64,000 nt of DNA from Epithemia pelagica (Eukaryota > Protista > Bacillariophyta). The notes beneath the pieces were generated by a model. It did no database searches, had not been told where the DNA came from, and worked only from the letters and a program-made list of their open reading frames with translations. Below, piece after piece: positions 10,801 to 23,000 of this stretch (the first letter of the stretch is position 1; each line of letters starts with the position of its first letter). The stretch covers positions 1,674,001 to 1,738,000 of the forward strand of contig OX337240.1 of assembly GCA_946965045.2 (NCBI GenBank). Direction: 5' to 3'. The translations under genes and the position numbers were made by a program.

Positions 10801-13145
10801 TCTATTTGGCCGGTCAGTTGAATTCGTGCCGTGAACTGTCGCGCAAACTCAAGAAGCTGGTGGAGATTAGTCGTTCGCGCCGCGATTTATCATCCTTGCA
10901 AAGCTTGTACTATGCTCGGGCGGCATCCGAAACAGAGTCCTTGTACAAAGTCTTGCGTCACAAGAATGATGTGGCACAATTCATCAACGAACAACTGCAA
11001 TTGGCGCCGTGGAATTTGACGGGAGAATTCATTGATGTGCACAAAAAGGCTGAAGGAACGGGTATGATGCGTTTGACTGGATTGGGTGACCCCAGTGGTA
11101 CAGGGGAAGGGTTTAGCTTTTTGCGAGAAATGGATTCCAAACCTAGCAAGGCCGTCGGCAATGCCGCGCTCAATGCGCAAGTCAAGAAAATTACTGGTAC
11201 GGAAGACGACTTGCGAAAATTGACCATGCAACAAATGGCCAGTTTGTTGCGGTCGTATGGAATGGCACAAAAGCAAATTGACACACTTAAACGTTGGGAT
11301 CGCGTCCATTGTATTCGCGATTTGTCCACCAAAGCTGCCAGTGATGGTATTGGGGATGGTTTGGAACGCTTTGCACGTGGGGAGAAACTCAAGCTATCGG
11401 AACAGAAACAAATGTACCGTGATCGAATTCAAGAAATTTGGCGTCGTCAATTGGCCGCCATGGCCAGCTCGGAAGGTGTGGTCATGGCGGGAGAGGGTGG
11501 AGCAAACAGCCACAACAACCACAGCAGCTCCAACAAGGCCGATGGGACATCGGGGGGAGGCATGGGTGGTGTGGATGGAGTCCCAGATGGATCAAATCAA
11601 CAAGCCTCGTCGCAGACGGCGAAAAAGTCGGATGATTCCGATTCGGAATCTGATGACGACGACGATTTGGCAGACGAGTTTGAACAGGAAATGATGGATC
11701 GTTCCGAGGCCAATCAGTTGGTAGCCGCTCATGTGGGTAACTCGAACAAAGAAAGTGAGGCCGGTTTGGGACAGTTGCGAGCGGCAGTAACACAAGATAC
11801 GGAAATGAGTAAAGATGCCCGTGAGTTGTTTGCCTTGCGTCGACAACGCGACGAAGAAAAGGCTGCGCAAGAAGGTTTAATGGCCACTACTGCGACGCAA
11901 AATGCGGCCGATGCCTTGGAACGCCATACGGCAGCCATGGCCAATCGCAAGGTGGTTCGGAAACGCATCACCAAGACCTATCCCGATGGACGCGTCACGA
12001 CAACCTTTAAGTTTATCTTACATCCCGAGGAAGTTGGCAAAATCGAAGCACGTTTGGCCCAAAAACAAAAGCAGCAACAACAAGAACAAACGAGGAAAAA
12101 GTCAGTTAAAGACGTTGGAAGCAACAAGGACAATGACGGTGCCAGTCTAAGTCGATTCCGCCCACGAGAATGGAACTATTCGTTCGGCGAAGACGAACGT
12201 GCACCGGGCCATGCCATGTTTGAAGATGAGGACAATTTCGAGTATTCTTGGCGCAGTCGGTTCTCGTCTTCGGGAGGGGGGCTGAAACGTCGCGGTGCCG
12301 GTGCGGGGCGCAAGTCGCGAGGTTCCGATGGCAGTGGCCGTTCCGGTGCCGCGTCCCGACAAGGCGGTGGGGGCGGTCCCCGCAGTGCCTTGCAATTTGG
12401 CAAGCTCAAGACCAAGGTTTCGAAAGAAGACCGGATGCGCAAACGGAAACGGGAAGAAGAGGAGTTGGAAGTGTATTCAGCGCAGGCCAAACTCAAGAGC
12501 ACCAACAATCGTCGCGAACGTGGTTCGATTCGCGATCGTCGACCCCATGTGATTTTTGCCACCAAACTCGAAGCCATTCGAGCGGCTGTCGAATCTCGTC
12601 CCTGTGCCGGTCCCTTTATGAAGCCCGTGAGTCGGAAGGTCGTCCCTCGGTATTACGAAGTGATTTCTAATCCGATAGATTTGCATACAATTCGCGACAA
12701 GATTAAGCGGTACGAATATCGGACCGCAACTGCCTTGATGGATGATTTTGAGTTGATGAAATCCAATGCCATTAAATTCAATGGTGAGGCACACAATATA
12801 GCGCAAGAAGCCAAGGCGATTGCTGAATTTGTTAGGGAGCAGATCCAAGCCAATCAAACGGAATTGAACCAATTGGAAGTGGCAGTCGAACATCAAATGG
12901 ATCCGAAAAAGGGTGGTGTCCCGGCCACGACCAAATCAACTCTCTTGGGGAGTGGCAAAAAGAAAAAGTCCAAAACTGTGGGTGCTGCAAACAGCGCTTC
13001 CTCGGCGTCAGCTGCCATGGCTCGGTTGGAGGGAGGTTCGGCCAACAACAATGCCATGGATGCCCAACAATTAATGGGTGACATTCAACAGTACATGGAC
13101 GATTCAGACAGTGGAGAAGATGTGGAAATTACATTGGGATTGTAG
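7823..13145 (+). CDS. TAF1: TFIID subunit 1 (TAF1); frame interrupted at 8099-8136 by a 19-bp duplication
   Basis: TAF1 core motifs (FHRPKL, LVVLEYSEERPP, ISNLFVAPMFRH, QLAPWNLT, GDPSGTGEGFSFLRE, DLRKLTM, RWDRV) and a C-terminal bromodomain (PFMKPVSRKVVPRYYEVISNPIDL...NAIKFNG). Upstream ORF MTVTTGGGG (ATG 7823) fuses in frame if one 19-bp copy is removed. An alternative in-frame ATG is at 8055. Confidence 0.92.
8099..8136 (+). repeat. 19-bp tandem duplication
   Basis: catcaacaatctggacacg / catcaacaatccggacacg, one mismatch. Confidence 0.95.
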
Positions 13146-14084
13146 TCGAACGATGGAAGGGATGTTGGCGTTCCTGTTGGGTTGTCATGGTTGTCAAAGG
13201 GCTTTCCACAGAAGATTTGGCTAGGACAGAAAACACCCGGCGTCCGCTAGCAAGTTGTTTCTTTTTTCCAGTTTCCAATCAATGTCTTGGTGGCGGCAGA
13301 GGAAACCGGCAACGATCTAGTACGATAATCCATCTTTAAATCAAATTGGATGGTTTTATCGCTCTTTTCCACCCAATGGTGCCTTTTAGGAGTATGATGT
13401 TTCCTTTTCCTCTTGTTTGGGGCCATTGCTATACTACTCGTAGACTCTATTAGCTAGCAATTCCGAGCAGCGCTCCAGCTCCAGTACCAACTCTTAATAC
13501 AACCGAGCTTGTGGAAGTTCATTGATAAGAAAACGGATCTACGCAAGAGTATTTTTGACGATAGGTAGTACAAATTAGCGTGACACAACGACACGCGTGC
13601 AGCGTCCCCACAAACGTAAGACCCACGCCAAAATCTCCACGACGAAACAACACGCCATTGGCATCGCGTCTCCCCCCAAAAGAGCATACAATAGGAGATA
13701 GTCGTCGAGAGAGGAACAAAGAAGAAACGATTGTTCTCCTCCGTTGTCGCTCTGGTTGATTTGAATCCATACGGAACTGCTTCATTGTGACAGCCAAAGA
13801 CAGAAGAACGAGAGAGAGAGAATACGGAGAGTTCGATTGAATCTTTGTACCAACGAGCTCATTGTCACACACAAAGGAATTTTACGTTTTCCCCGGTCTG
13901 TGGTCTTGTGTCTTCCGTTACTTCCTGAAACAATCTGGACCATCTCGGTTTCTTGGTTTGTCGGTCTACTTAAACAACCTACCAATCACGAAGGGTTTCC
14001 CACGAGGCGGCAACAACAAGACCAGCAAGGAGATTATCGTAAGAAAAATCACTCTCAAGATTCACCACTGAACACTGAACCGAC

Positions 14085-16108
14085 ATGAGTTCATTGTACA
14101 ATTATTTGGCCACCTCCTTGTCATCATCGACGTCGCCGACAAATGCTCGTCGGGAAATGGCAGAATCGGAAGGTGAGAATCCATCCGATCGACGAGTAAA
14201 TGGCAGTACGACCAATGGTCGAAAACAACGGTCTTTACCAACAACAGCACCAGCCGTACCGAACGAAACGACTTCCCTATTAGAGACATCGGCGACTGTG
14301 AATTCGACCAGCAACAGCCACAGTTCCGCAACACGGCCACCACGACCTTCGCCGGTGACGACGCCTTCGACAACTTCCCCCAATCACAGTAATGGTGCCA
14401 ACAACAATCAGCAGAAGAACAAGACGGGTAGTACGACTCCTAGTAGCAACGGCACGATACCTTCTACTGGAGGTGTCAGTCAAGATTTACCGTCGTCGAC
14501 AGACACGGCCGCTCCAACCAATCCATCGGTCCACGACTTTTTCTTTCCACCCACCTTCAATCGATCCATTCAGCGGTATTATCGCTTTACCAGCACGCCT
14601 CTAGCACCGATTGCCGCCTTGCATAAGAAACCCATTCATCCCAACAATGCCACGTCCTTAACAACGACGACTGGTACCTGTACTGGATTGTTGCGACGAT
14701 CGGCTGTCATTCCCTCGCATGGAACCGATGCTGCCACGGGCGAGTGGGTCTTGGTCTCGGTCGGAGGACGATCTGGATGGGCTCCCAAACAACAACCACA
14801 CGACGCTACATGTATCCCCGTATCCGCCTCATCTCCTCCCCCCTATGCTGGATTTACACCGGCCGATAGTTTTCGGGCCAGCGAAGCCTGGATGGGAAAT
14901 CACTTTTTCTTGTGCAAGGGCAAACTCATGTTGGGCAGTGATGCACCCTCGCTCTTTTTCACCAATGGTCTCTTGGTTGTTGGTTTATCCATTTACTTTT
15001 TGTACGTCTTGCCAAAGGCTGCCGAATTGGCTCACTTACAACAGCAACAAGGACAGTCGTGGGGTGGTTGGTGGTGTTGGTGGTTGGAAGATCCAGTCGC
15101 ATTATATGTTGCCAGCAGTACCTTGGCCGTGGCCACCTTTGTCACACTGTGGCGGACAGCCTTGTCGGATCCCGGCATTTTGCCACCCCTTTCTTCGCCC
15201 CTCAAACCACCGGCCCCACCCTTGTATCGCTTGGGAGGACCGGTCGGATACCGCTATTGCAGTACCTGCAATATTTTTCGACCACCCCGTTCCAAGCATT
15301 GCAATTCCTGCAATTGCTGTGTTTCCAAATTTGATCATCATTGTATGTGTTATCGTGTGCTGTTGTGAGCAGGAAAAGAAGTGGAGGAATGGCTGACTCA
15401 CATTGGTGCTTTCTGCGCTATTTTGTGTTTTGTGGTGCCGTGTAATGGTATGTTGGTTGGTTGGTTTCAACAGGTCCTTGGACGGGTAATTGTATTGGCG
15501 AGCGGAATCACCGCGTCTTTTTTTGCTTCTTGCTTTCCATCACATCCTTGCTTCTCTTGATCACGGCCGTGTCGGTCCGACTGTTGTGGAGCGCCTACCA
15601 ATATATTGCGGTGGCCGATACTCCTGGCATTGGTCCGGTCGTAAAAGTCAAGTACGAGGATTTGTTTGCCTACAGTGAACGTACATCACATCGGTTGTGG
15701 GATGCCATTCTCAGCATGCCATTGGTATGCTTGTTTGGCATTTTTATCTTGCTCTGTACCTGGTCCCTCCTCAGTTTATTGGGGTACCATGCCGCCATTA
15801 TTACAGTGGCACAAACGACCAACGAACGCGTCCGCGGTGTCTATCGCAATGGCGGTGTTGTGAATCCAGCTGATGAAGGATGTTGGCGGAATTGGTGTCA
15901 TGCCTTTTGGTGCAAACGACGGCCGGCCAGTCGGTTGCCGGCCGATTTTTCCGAGGTCGTTCATGCTCCCGAACGAGCCACGTTGGAACATGCCTGGAAT
16001 CCGTCGGCGGCTGCCACGGCAAGCAATGGTGGCAATAGTACCAATACCAGTCAGGCCAATCTGGCCGCTTCCGTTGTCAGCGAGGCCTCTTCGAGCAACG
16101 CCGTCTAA
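14085..16108 (+). CDS. DHHC palmitoyltransferase (ERF2/zDHHC9-like), join(14085..15342,15474..16108)
   Basis: Cys-rich domain YCSTCNIFRPPRSKHCNSCNCCVSKFDHH|CPWTGNCIGERNHR restored by the GT-AG intron 15343..15473. Four TM segments, SDPG and TTNE motifs. Confidence 0.95.
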
Positions 16109-16731
16109 GAGGGACCCAGCGGCATGTGGGAAAAAAAGAGAGAGCCTGTTCTTTCTGTGCATAGGGAAGCGGTGGATAAATATCCTCCTTGAGAAAGGAT
16201 TCTCGACTGTGTGGAACATGACAGTCCGATTCATGGAGGATCTGTGGAACCACAAACGCAAACCCAATCACCACCACCCAAATGAGCTTAAGCTTTCGGG
16301 ACGGACAGCGCTGGACGCTCCCGTTTCCGGACGAGACTGCATACTCTTGGGGTGGACACACAGCCCTTTTGGTTGATCATCCCAAAGAACTCGAGTTAAT
16401 AGTAGAGCAGTTTTTCTCTCCTGTCTATGGCTTTTCCTAGCAACTACGGTGACTCCCGTACTAGCTAGAGTGGCCTGGGTGCAGTCAAGGAACTCTAATC
16501 ATTCAATCATTTCTCTATAAAAGCTTACAGCAGCTTACTCCTGTAGACCACTAAAATACATCTGGATCAGCGACTGGCCCCCAACGGCTAGATTCTGTTT
16601 TCGATGTGTATGTGCTCTCGCTTTGTGCCTTTGTGGAGAATCTAGATCGCAAAAGAAGTTCCATCGTCAAAGAACCAGAAAGTGAATCGTCCTTAGAACC
16701 CCATGTCACGCGTATGGCCTGTGCCCTCTGT

Positions 16732-17445
16732 TTAGGATTCGTTGCACTTGACTTGATGTTCGGCCATCCAAAGACAAAAATCATCAAAGACGATATATCC
16801 CAGCATGTGTTCGTCCATTTGTTCAAAGACTGCTTCAGGATTGGGGACATTGAGAATATCGGCCGCGTTCAGAAATTCTTCTTTACTCAAATGTCGATCC
16901 TTATTGGTATCCATGAGAGTAAAGACTTGATACAAATTGTTGAAATAGGTAATCATGTTCAAAAACATAAAGAATTCCTCTCGATAGACGTAACCATCCT
17001 TGTTGGAATCCGCCTTTTCAAAGGCACGCAGTACAATGGCGGGTTTGAGATTAAACTTTTTCTTGCGATGACAAATGGCATGCTCGACTTCCGTCATACT
17101 GAGTTTGCCATCGCCATTGTCATCAATTTCGTCAAACAAAGCTTGCATATCGTCTTGTTTGGGCCCCACGGTCAAGGATGCCCGCAACTTGTCTTCCAAG
17201 GATTCTTCAGTCGTTGCTGATTCTGCCGTCGTCTTGGGCAACAATCGAGATTGTTCCGTCATAGGTTCCTCCTCCTTCTTTGCAAGATCCTCGATGGGCA
17301 AGGAACGAGATTGCGTCTTGTTGTTTATGTCGTCGCCAGCTTGTGGTGGTTGTTGAAACTGTTGATACAGAAACCAACCCATGACAATGGTAGCCATGGC
17401 AACACCGACCAGCCCTAACCACGCACTTAAAGAATCGGATTCCAT
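16732..17445 (-). CDS. N-terminal TM + four-EF-hand protein (calflagin/FCaBP-like module)
   Basis: TM LSAWLGLVGVAMATIVMGWFLY. EF loops DDNGDGKLSMTE, DSNKDGYVYREE, DTNKDRHLSKEE and a degenerate DEHMLGYIVFDD. Likely ATG at 17445. Confidence 0.85.
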   Translation of the reverse strand: MESDSLSAWLGLVGVAMATIVMGWFLYQQFQQPPQAGDDINNKTQSRSLPIEDLAKKEEEPMTEQSRLLPKTTAESATTEESLEDKLRASLTVGPKQDDMQALFDEIDDNGDGKLSMTEVEHAICHRKKKFNLKPAIVLRAFEKADSNKDGYVYREEFFMFLNMITYFNNLYQVFTLMDTNKDRHLSKEEFLNAADILNVPNPEAVFEQMDEHMLGYIVFDDFCLWMAEHQVKCNES

Positions 17446-19232
17446 GGCTCCAAAGTATACTTGTTGAGAAATGGGACGATATTCAATGCGGAACATGTGT
17501 GACAATGCTCGAGAGGGCTCTGATGAGTACGTTGGGTCGATGGTCAATCTCTCGATCCTAATCTCCTTGTCGTCGCGCGATACTACAGTCTTCCAGGAAA
17601 AGAGGACAACCTTAGGATTTTGCCAGCAACAAAGAAGAATGGACCCAATCTCACAACGACAAAGACAACGAGCTATTGCTCTTTTCGCAAAGTATCTTTT
17701 GGCTCTATCATGAAAACGTCATGCCACGATATGGAACGGAGCCTGGATCGAAGAAGGGGACAATAGGCCTATAATGAAACAGAAGTTTCCATGTTTTATG
17801 CAGTGTACCATGTCTTTCGTTGCGGACAATGCTGAATTAGTAAAAAAAACATATTAGTATCCAAGGAAGTGTACTTTATATTGCGATTCCCGGGACTGGA
17901 TCCGGGCTGCGCTTCTAACGCGAGCCGAATGACACCCTTTCACTTTCTCATTCTCACAAATTATTGTTTCTCTCCAATGCTGGCAGAAAGTTGAGCGCTT
18001 GTTCCAAAGTTGTTCATTACAATATAAAATATATACAGCATACTTGTTTTTAGTTTCTATTCAATACCTTGTGTTCGGCCATCCAAAGGCAAAAATCATC
18101 AAAGACAATGTATCCCAACAAGTGTTGATCCATTTCTTTGAAGACTGTTTCGGGTTCGTGCACGCCCAAAATGGACGCCGCATTGAGAAATTTGTCTCGA
18201 CTCAAGTGACGGTCATGATTGGTATCCATCAAGGTAAAGACCTTCTACAAATTGTCAAAATAGGTAATCATGCGCAAAAAGATAAAGAATTCGTCTCGAC
18301 CAATCGTCCCGTCCTGATTGACATAGGCCTTTTCAAAGGCACGCAAGACAATGGTGGGTTTGAGGGCAAATGTATCTTGTTTTCGATAACAAATGGCATG
18401 TTCTACTTCCTTCACACTCAAGTGACCATCGCCATCTTCATCAATTTCGTCAAACAATTCTTGCATATCATCTTCGTTCGGCTCTGTTAATGCTGTCTTG
18501 AGTCGGTCTTCAAACGCTTCTTCTTCTGTTGTTGCGGAAGGTGATTCCACAACAACGGGTTCTTGCGAATCTGGAATGGATGCTTTCTCGAGTGGTTCAG
18601 CAGCAGAGTATGAAAGCTCCCCTTCTTCGTCATGCGATGTAGGTGCCTCGACGGGTGGTACGGGATCTTCTACAGGCGTTGCTTGCTCTGGAGAAACACC
18701 TTTCGCTTCCTCCTCCGCAACCACCGAAGAAACTGGCAAAGGCTCGGTAGCCCTGTCTTTTGTCTTCTCATCTTCTTCCTCTTCCTGTTCCTCAATGTCC
18801 ATCGCATCCGAATGCTGCATCGTTTTGGCTTGGTGTTCGGCCATCCAAAGACAAAAGTCATCAAAGACAATGTATCCCAAATAATGTTCATCCATTTCAT
18901 CAAAGACGGTTTGAGGATCTTGTACGCCCAGTAGGGTGGCAGCCTGCGCAAATTCGTCTCGACTCAAGTGTCGATCGTGATTGGTATCCATCAAGTCAAA
19001 GACTCGATACAAGTTGGAAAAGTAGGAAATCATGCGCAAAAACAAGTAGAATTCTTCTCGATGAATGTAGCCATCCTGATTGACATCGGCCTTCGCAAAG
19101 GCCCGCAAGACAATGGCAGGCTTGAGATCCAAATGCTTTTTGCGATGACACATGGCGTGTTCCACTTCGGTTTGACTCAACATGCCATCGCCATCTTCAT
19201 CAATCTTGTCAAACAAGGTTTGCATGTCGCCG

Positions 19233-20015
19233 TGTTACAATTCTTTCTGAATCGTAGGGACATTGATGCTCGGTAGAGCAGACAATCAGGTAGGTCACCA
19301 ACCGATACAAGCTTCTCAGGGTCAGAGAAGCAAGCAAGTCGAAGTCTATCAGAAGGATAGTCGGGACACAAAAGAGGATGTGATAAATGGTGATATTGTT
19401 AGATTGTGTGTTGATTACTACGATAGGTCTACGTGAAATGTTCGGTCCTGCCAAGGGTCATGTATCATAGGTTCTTGGCGGCAACAGGTTTGGAATAGTT
19501 GGAGTTGATTCATGTGATGTATATGACATGTATATGTGGGCGGATAACATATACAGGGTCAACAGCTCTTGCTTTGGGTTGGCATAGTTGTTTTCATGGC
19601 GCGCAGCTTGTTGACAATTTGGAGATTGTGGGAATGGAAATATGGTCTCGCGTGATCATGTGTCGTGCTTGGGATACTTAGACCGTTGGATCGGATAGAT
19701 GCCGATAGCGCTCGGATGTCGCTTGGGCGCGCTCGATGATTTCGGGCGCGTACGCTTAGGGCGTTAGTACAGTGTCCGAGCAACGGCCAAATTTACGTCC
19801 GTTGTAATACCGCACGACCCAATTTAGTCTTGAGAGTGAGTTCGTCAATCTATTCTCACTTTTCATGATTTGCGAAGAAATATAGGTCGATATAGCGCGA
19901 AGCTAGGAAACATAGCTCGAAGCTAGAGGGCATGATGCGATAGCACGAGGCTATGTGACATGGGGAATCGATGAGATGTAGAATCTAACCACCATAGACG
20001 GTGAGAATTCTAACA
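19233..20015 (-). repeat. 3' LTR
   Basis: Direct repeat of 26834..27616; no difference found on visual comparison. Ends (element sense) TGTTAGAAT...GAATTGTAACA. Confidence 0.97.
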
Positions 20016-23000
20016 CTCCCCACAACTCGTCGTTTCAGCCTTGTCATCATTGGATTTGTTGAGGTCTTGAACTTCTCCTTTCCAAAACAACAATGGCTTG
20101 AGCATGGGCCAGATAGATACGAAATCCCAATGTTTGCTAAGGATATCGGCGGGGTTGGTCTTTCCATCTTTCCAGTAGAATGCAACATACTTTGCTGCGA
20201 TGGCTTCACGAACTCGGTGGTATGACAGAAGATGGTGTCTCTTGGATAGTATGGAATGAGGAACGGTTGCATTGAGCACAACAGATCTGTTATCTCCGTA
20301 CATGTAACTTCGCTCTCGGATAGGTACTCCAAGGTAGCGGAGAGAATGTCGTAATTCTGTAATCTGATCTATTGCTGTCCTTGCAGCCACGAACTCGGAT
20401 CCATAGGTAGCAGTTTCCACTGTGCTCTGTCTCTTGCTGTACCAGTCAATAGGTGTTCCGTTCAACAAATGTAGAACAGCAGTGACGGATTTACCAGTGA
20501 CTATGTCATGCATGAGATTGGCATCAACATAATGAGTTGTAGTAACATAGCGGCCAAGAGGTGTTGGGCAGTCTTCAGGAATACGTTCACTTGCATTCGA
20601 ATAGACAGTGCAAGTCCAATCAAATTCTTGGGTAGGAAGACTTGAATAATCAGGCTCTCCAATCCTAAATCTGATTGCGCCTTCTGGGAGATGTGCAAGG
20701 TATCCATAGATACGCTTGGCTCTATCAAGATGTCCTTTCCTCGGAGCAGCACGAAAGCGTGATAGCGTCATTGTAGCGGTGAAGACGTCGAAACGACCAA
20801 TAGTGATCACCCATTGAAGTTGTCCAATCAGAGTTTGGAAATGGTTAGTACCTTCTTCATCAAGGAGCTCAGAATCGTCCAATTCAGGATGGTCTCCACC
20901 AATAAGAGGTGTTTTGGCTTTCTTGGGTTTCTCCTTGAAGATTCGTTCGAAAGTGTCCATCATCTTACCAATGTAGCGTCTTGGATCTGCTACTAATGTT
21001 CCATCAGAATCCTTGGTGTAACAACATCCCAAGTGGAAATCAATAGGTCCATCTCCTTTGAGTTTGAAGTTGTATTTCTCCTTCAGGATCTTGCAGATAT
21101 TCCCAGGATCAGTAGAAATAATGGCTAAGTCATCAACGTATACGGCAATGTATTCGTAACAGTCTTCTCCAGGTGCCTTCCTCATCCAGATATCCGGATC
21201 TGCTTTGCTTGGTGAAAATCCCATGTCTGTCAAAACATCGAATAAGACATCATGCCAGCGTGCGCCTGATGACTTCAATCCATAAAGTGCCTTGTATATA
21301 ATCAGGATGTGACCTTCTAATTCCTTGAATTCAGGTCCTGCGACAATGAAAAGTTTCTCCCCTGTCAAGGCTTCCAGATATGCGTTTCCAATATCTGCTC
21401 CCCATATTTCCAAGTCATTCAAAGTACCCAGGAATAAGGCAATGCGGAGGTTGCGAATGGAAACAACACCTGAATAGATTGTCTCAACAGGTTCTTTTGT
21501 GAGATGTCCATCTGCGACAAGTCTTGCTTTATGTCGTCCATCATGTTTTACGTCAAAGACAAGATGTACACGTATCTTATGATATCCTTCAGGTGCATTG
21601 GATACTTTCCCTTTAATGAAGATGGCTTTCCCAAAATCCTTGAATGTCTTGTAGGACTGGATCTGTGACAATTCTAATTCTGTTGCATCTTGCCACTTTG
21701 TGTTGCCATGTTGTTTATCAAGAGTGACAGCTTCCTCATAATTGCGTGGTACTTGGAATCCAAACTTATACTTGACGGAATGGTGAACTTGTTTAATCCT
21801 TGACTGTTTGGCTGCTCGAATGAGACGTTTGCTTGTTTTGACATAACGTTTCAAATGCTTCCATCCAGGTTCGTTGAGTAAATCATGTTTCTTTCCATAA
21901 ATTGCTACAGTGATCGGATCATCATTGGCGATGAGTGATAAAGGTTCATAGGTAGTCTCCCCAGTTTCCCAATCAACAAGCAAATTATATTTGCTCCCCT
22001 TGTAATCTGGATCAGTTGTGTTCAGTGGGCCTTGATGGGCAATGACGTCCCTGAACCTGAAAAGATTATCTCCAGAGGTTTGAGCTTGGTTATCTCGTTC
22101 GATATACTCCATGAGTTGATTATAGGATATCATCTCATCAACATCAGAATTTGTCTTTCGGTAGATATACTTGACACGTTCTTCCTGTTTCGTTGCTTCT
22201 TCATTAAGATCAATGACTCGTTTGATGACACGTGCACGGTGTCGCTCCCCATTTTCTTCTGTGTCGCATAGGAATGTGCGTCCTATCATGTCGTCAAAAT
22301 CGATCGTGGGCATTGGTTTGGATGGATCTTCACTATCACTGCGAATGAAGACAGTGTCAGCTTGCTTATCATTGTCATCCTGGTCAGACGAATCCTCCCC
22401 TGAAGGTCGATCCACACGTAGGTTAGGTGTAGTGGATTCAACACGGCGAACGGCAGAACGGTAGATGATCTGGTTATCCTGGGTGAGAATCTTCCAAGTA
22501 AAAGAATCACCAACGTTGTGAGCAAAACCAACCCAGTGGCCAAGTTTCTCATCAGAAGAAGATGGATATGAACCGGAATTGGGTTCAGCGGGGTCGACAC
22601 GGTAGTAAACCTCATCCCAGAAAGGAAAGAACAAGAGATGAGTAATGTCGGGTGGGCGACCGGAGAGAGCCTCAAGAGGAGTGCGACCGGAGTGGGTGGG
22701 TGATGACGTATGGTTCAATAAGTCACAGACATACTCAAGGCAAAGAAGCCAGGTGTTGGCAGGGCAACCAGTGGCATTCATGAGAGCGTTGGTCATACGT
22801 TTAACGGTCTGATAACGGTTTTCAGCCTTATTCTGGTGTTGATGATAAGGTTCAGATCGATACTCCCCAATAAGCAAAGTGCGAAGAATGTCTTTGACCT
22901 TTTGAGAGATGAGAGATGAACCACCATCACTGATAAGGGTCTCCATGGCACCACGAAACCGGATGTTATCCTGGAGAGTATTGACAAACTGTTTGGTCGA

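Noticed and set aside
19177-19783. Short ORFs inside the LTRs (duplicated at 26787-27384)
   Set aside because: Under 82 aa, no motifs; duplicated only because the LTRs are.
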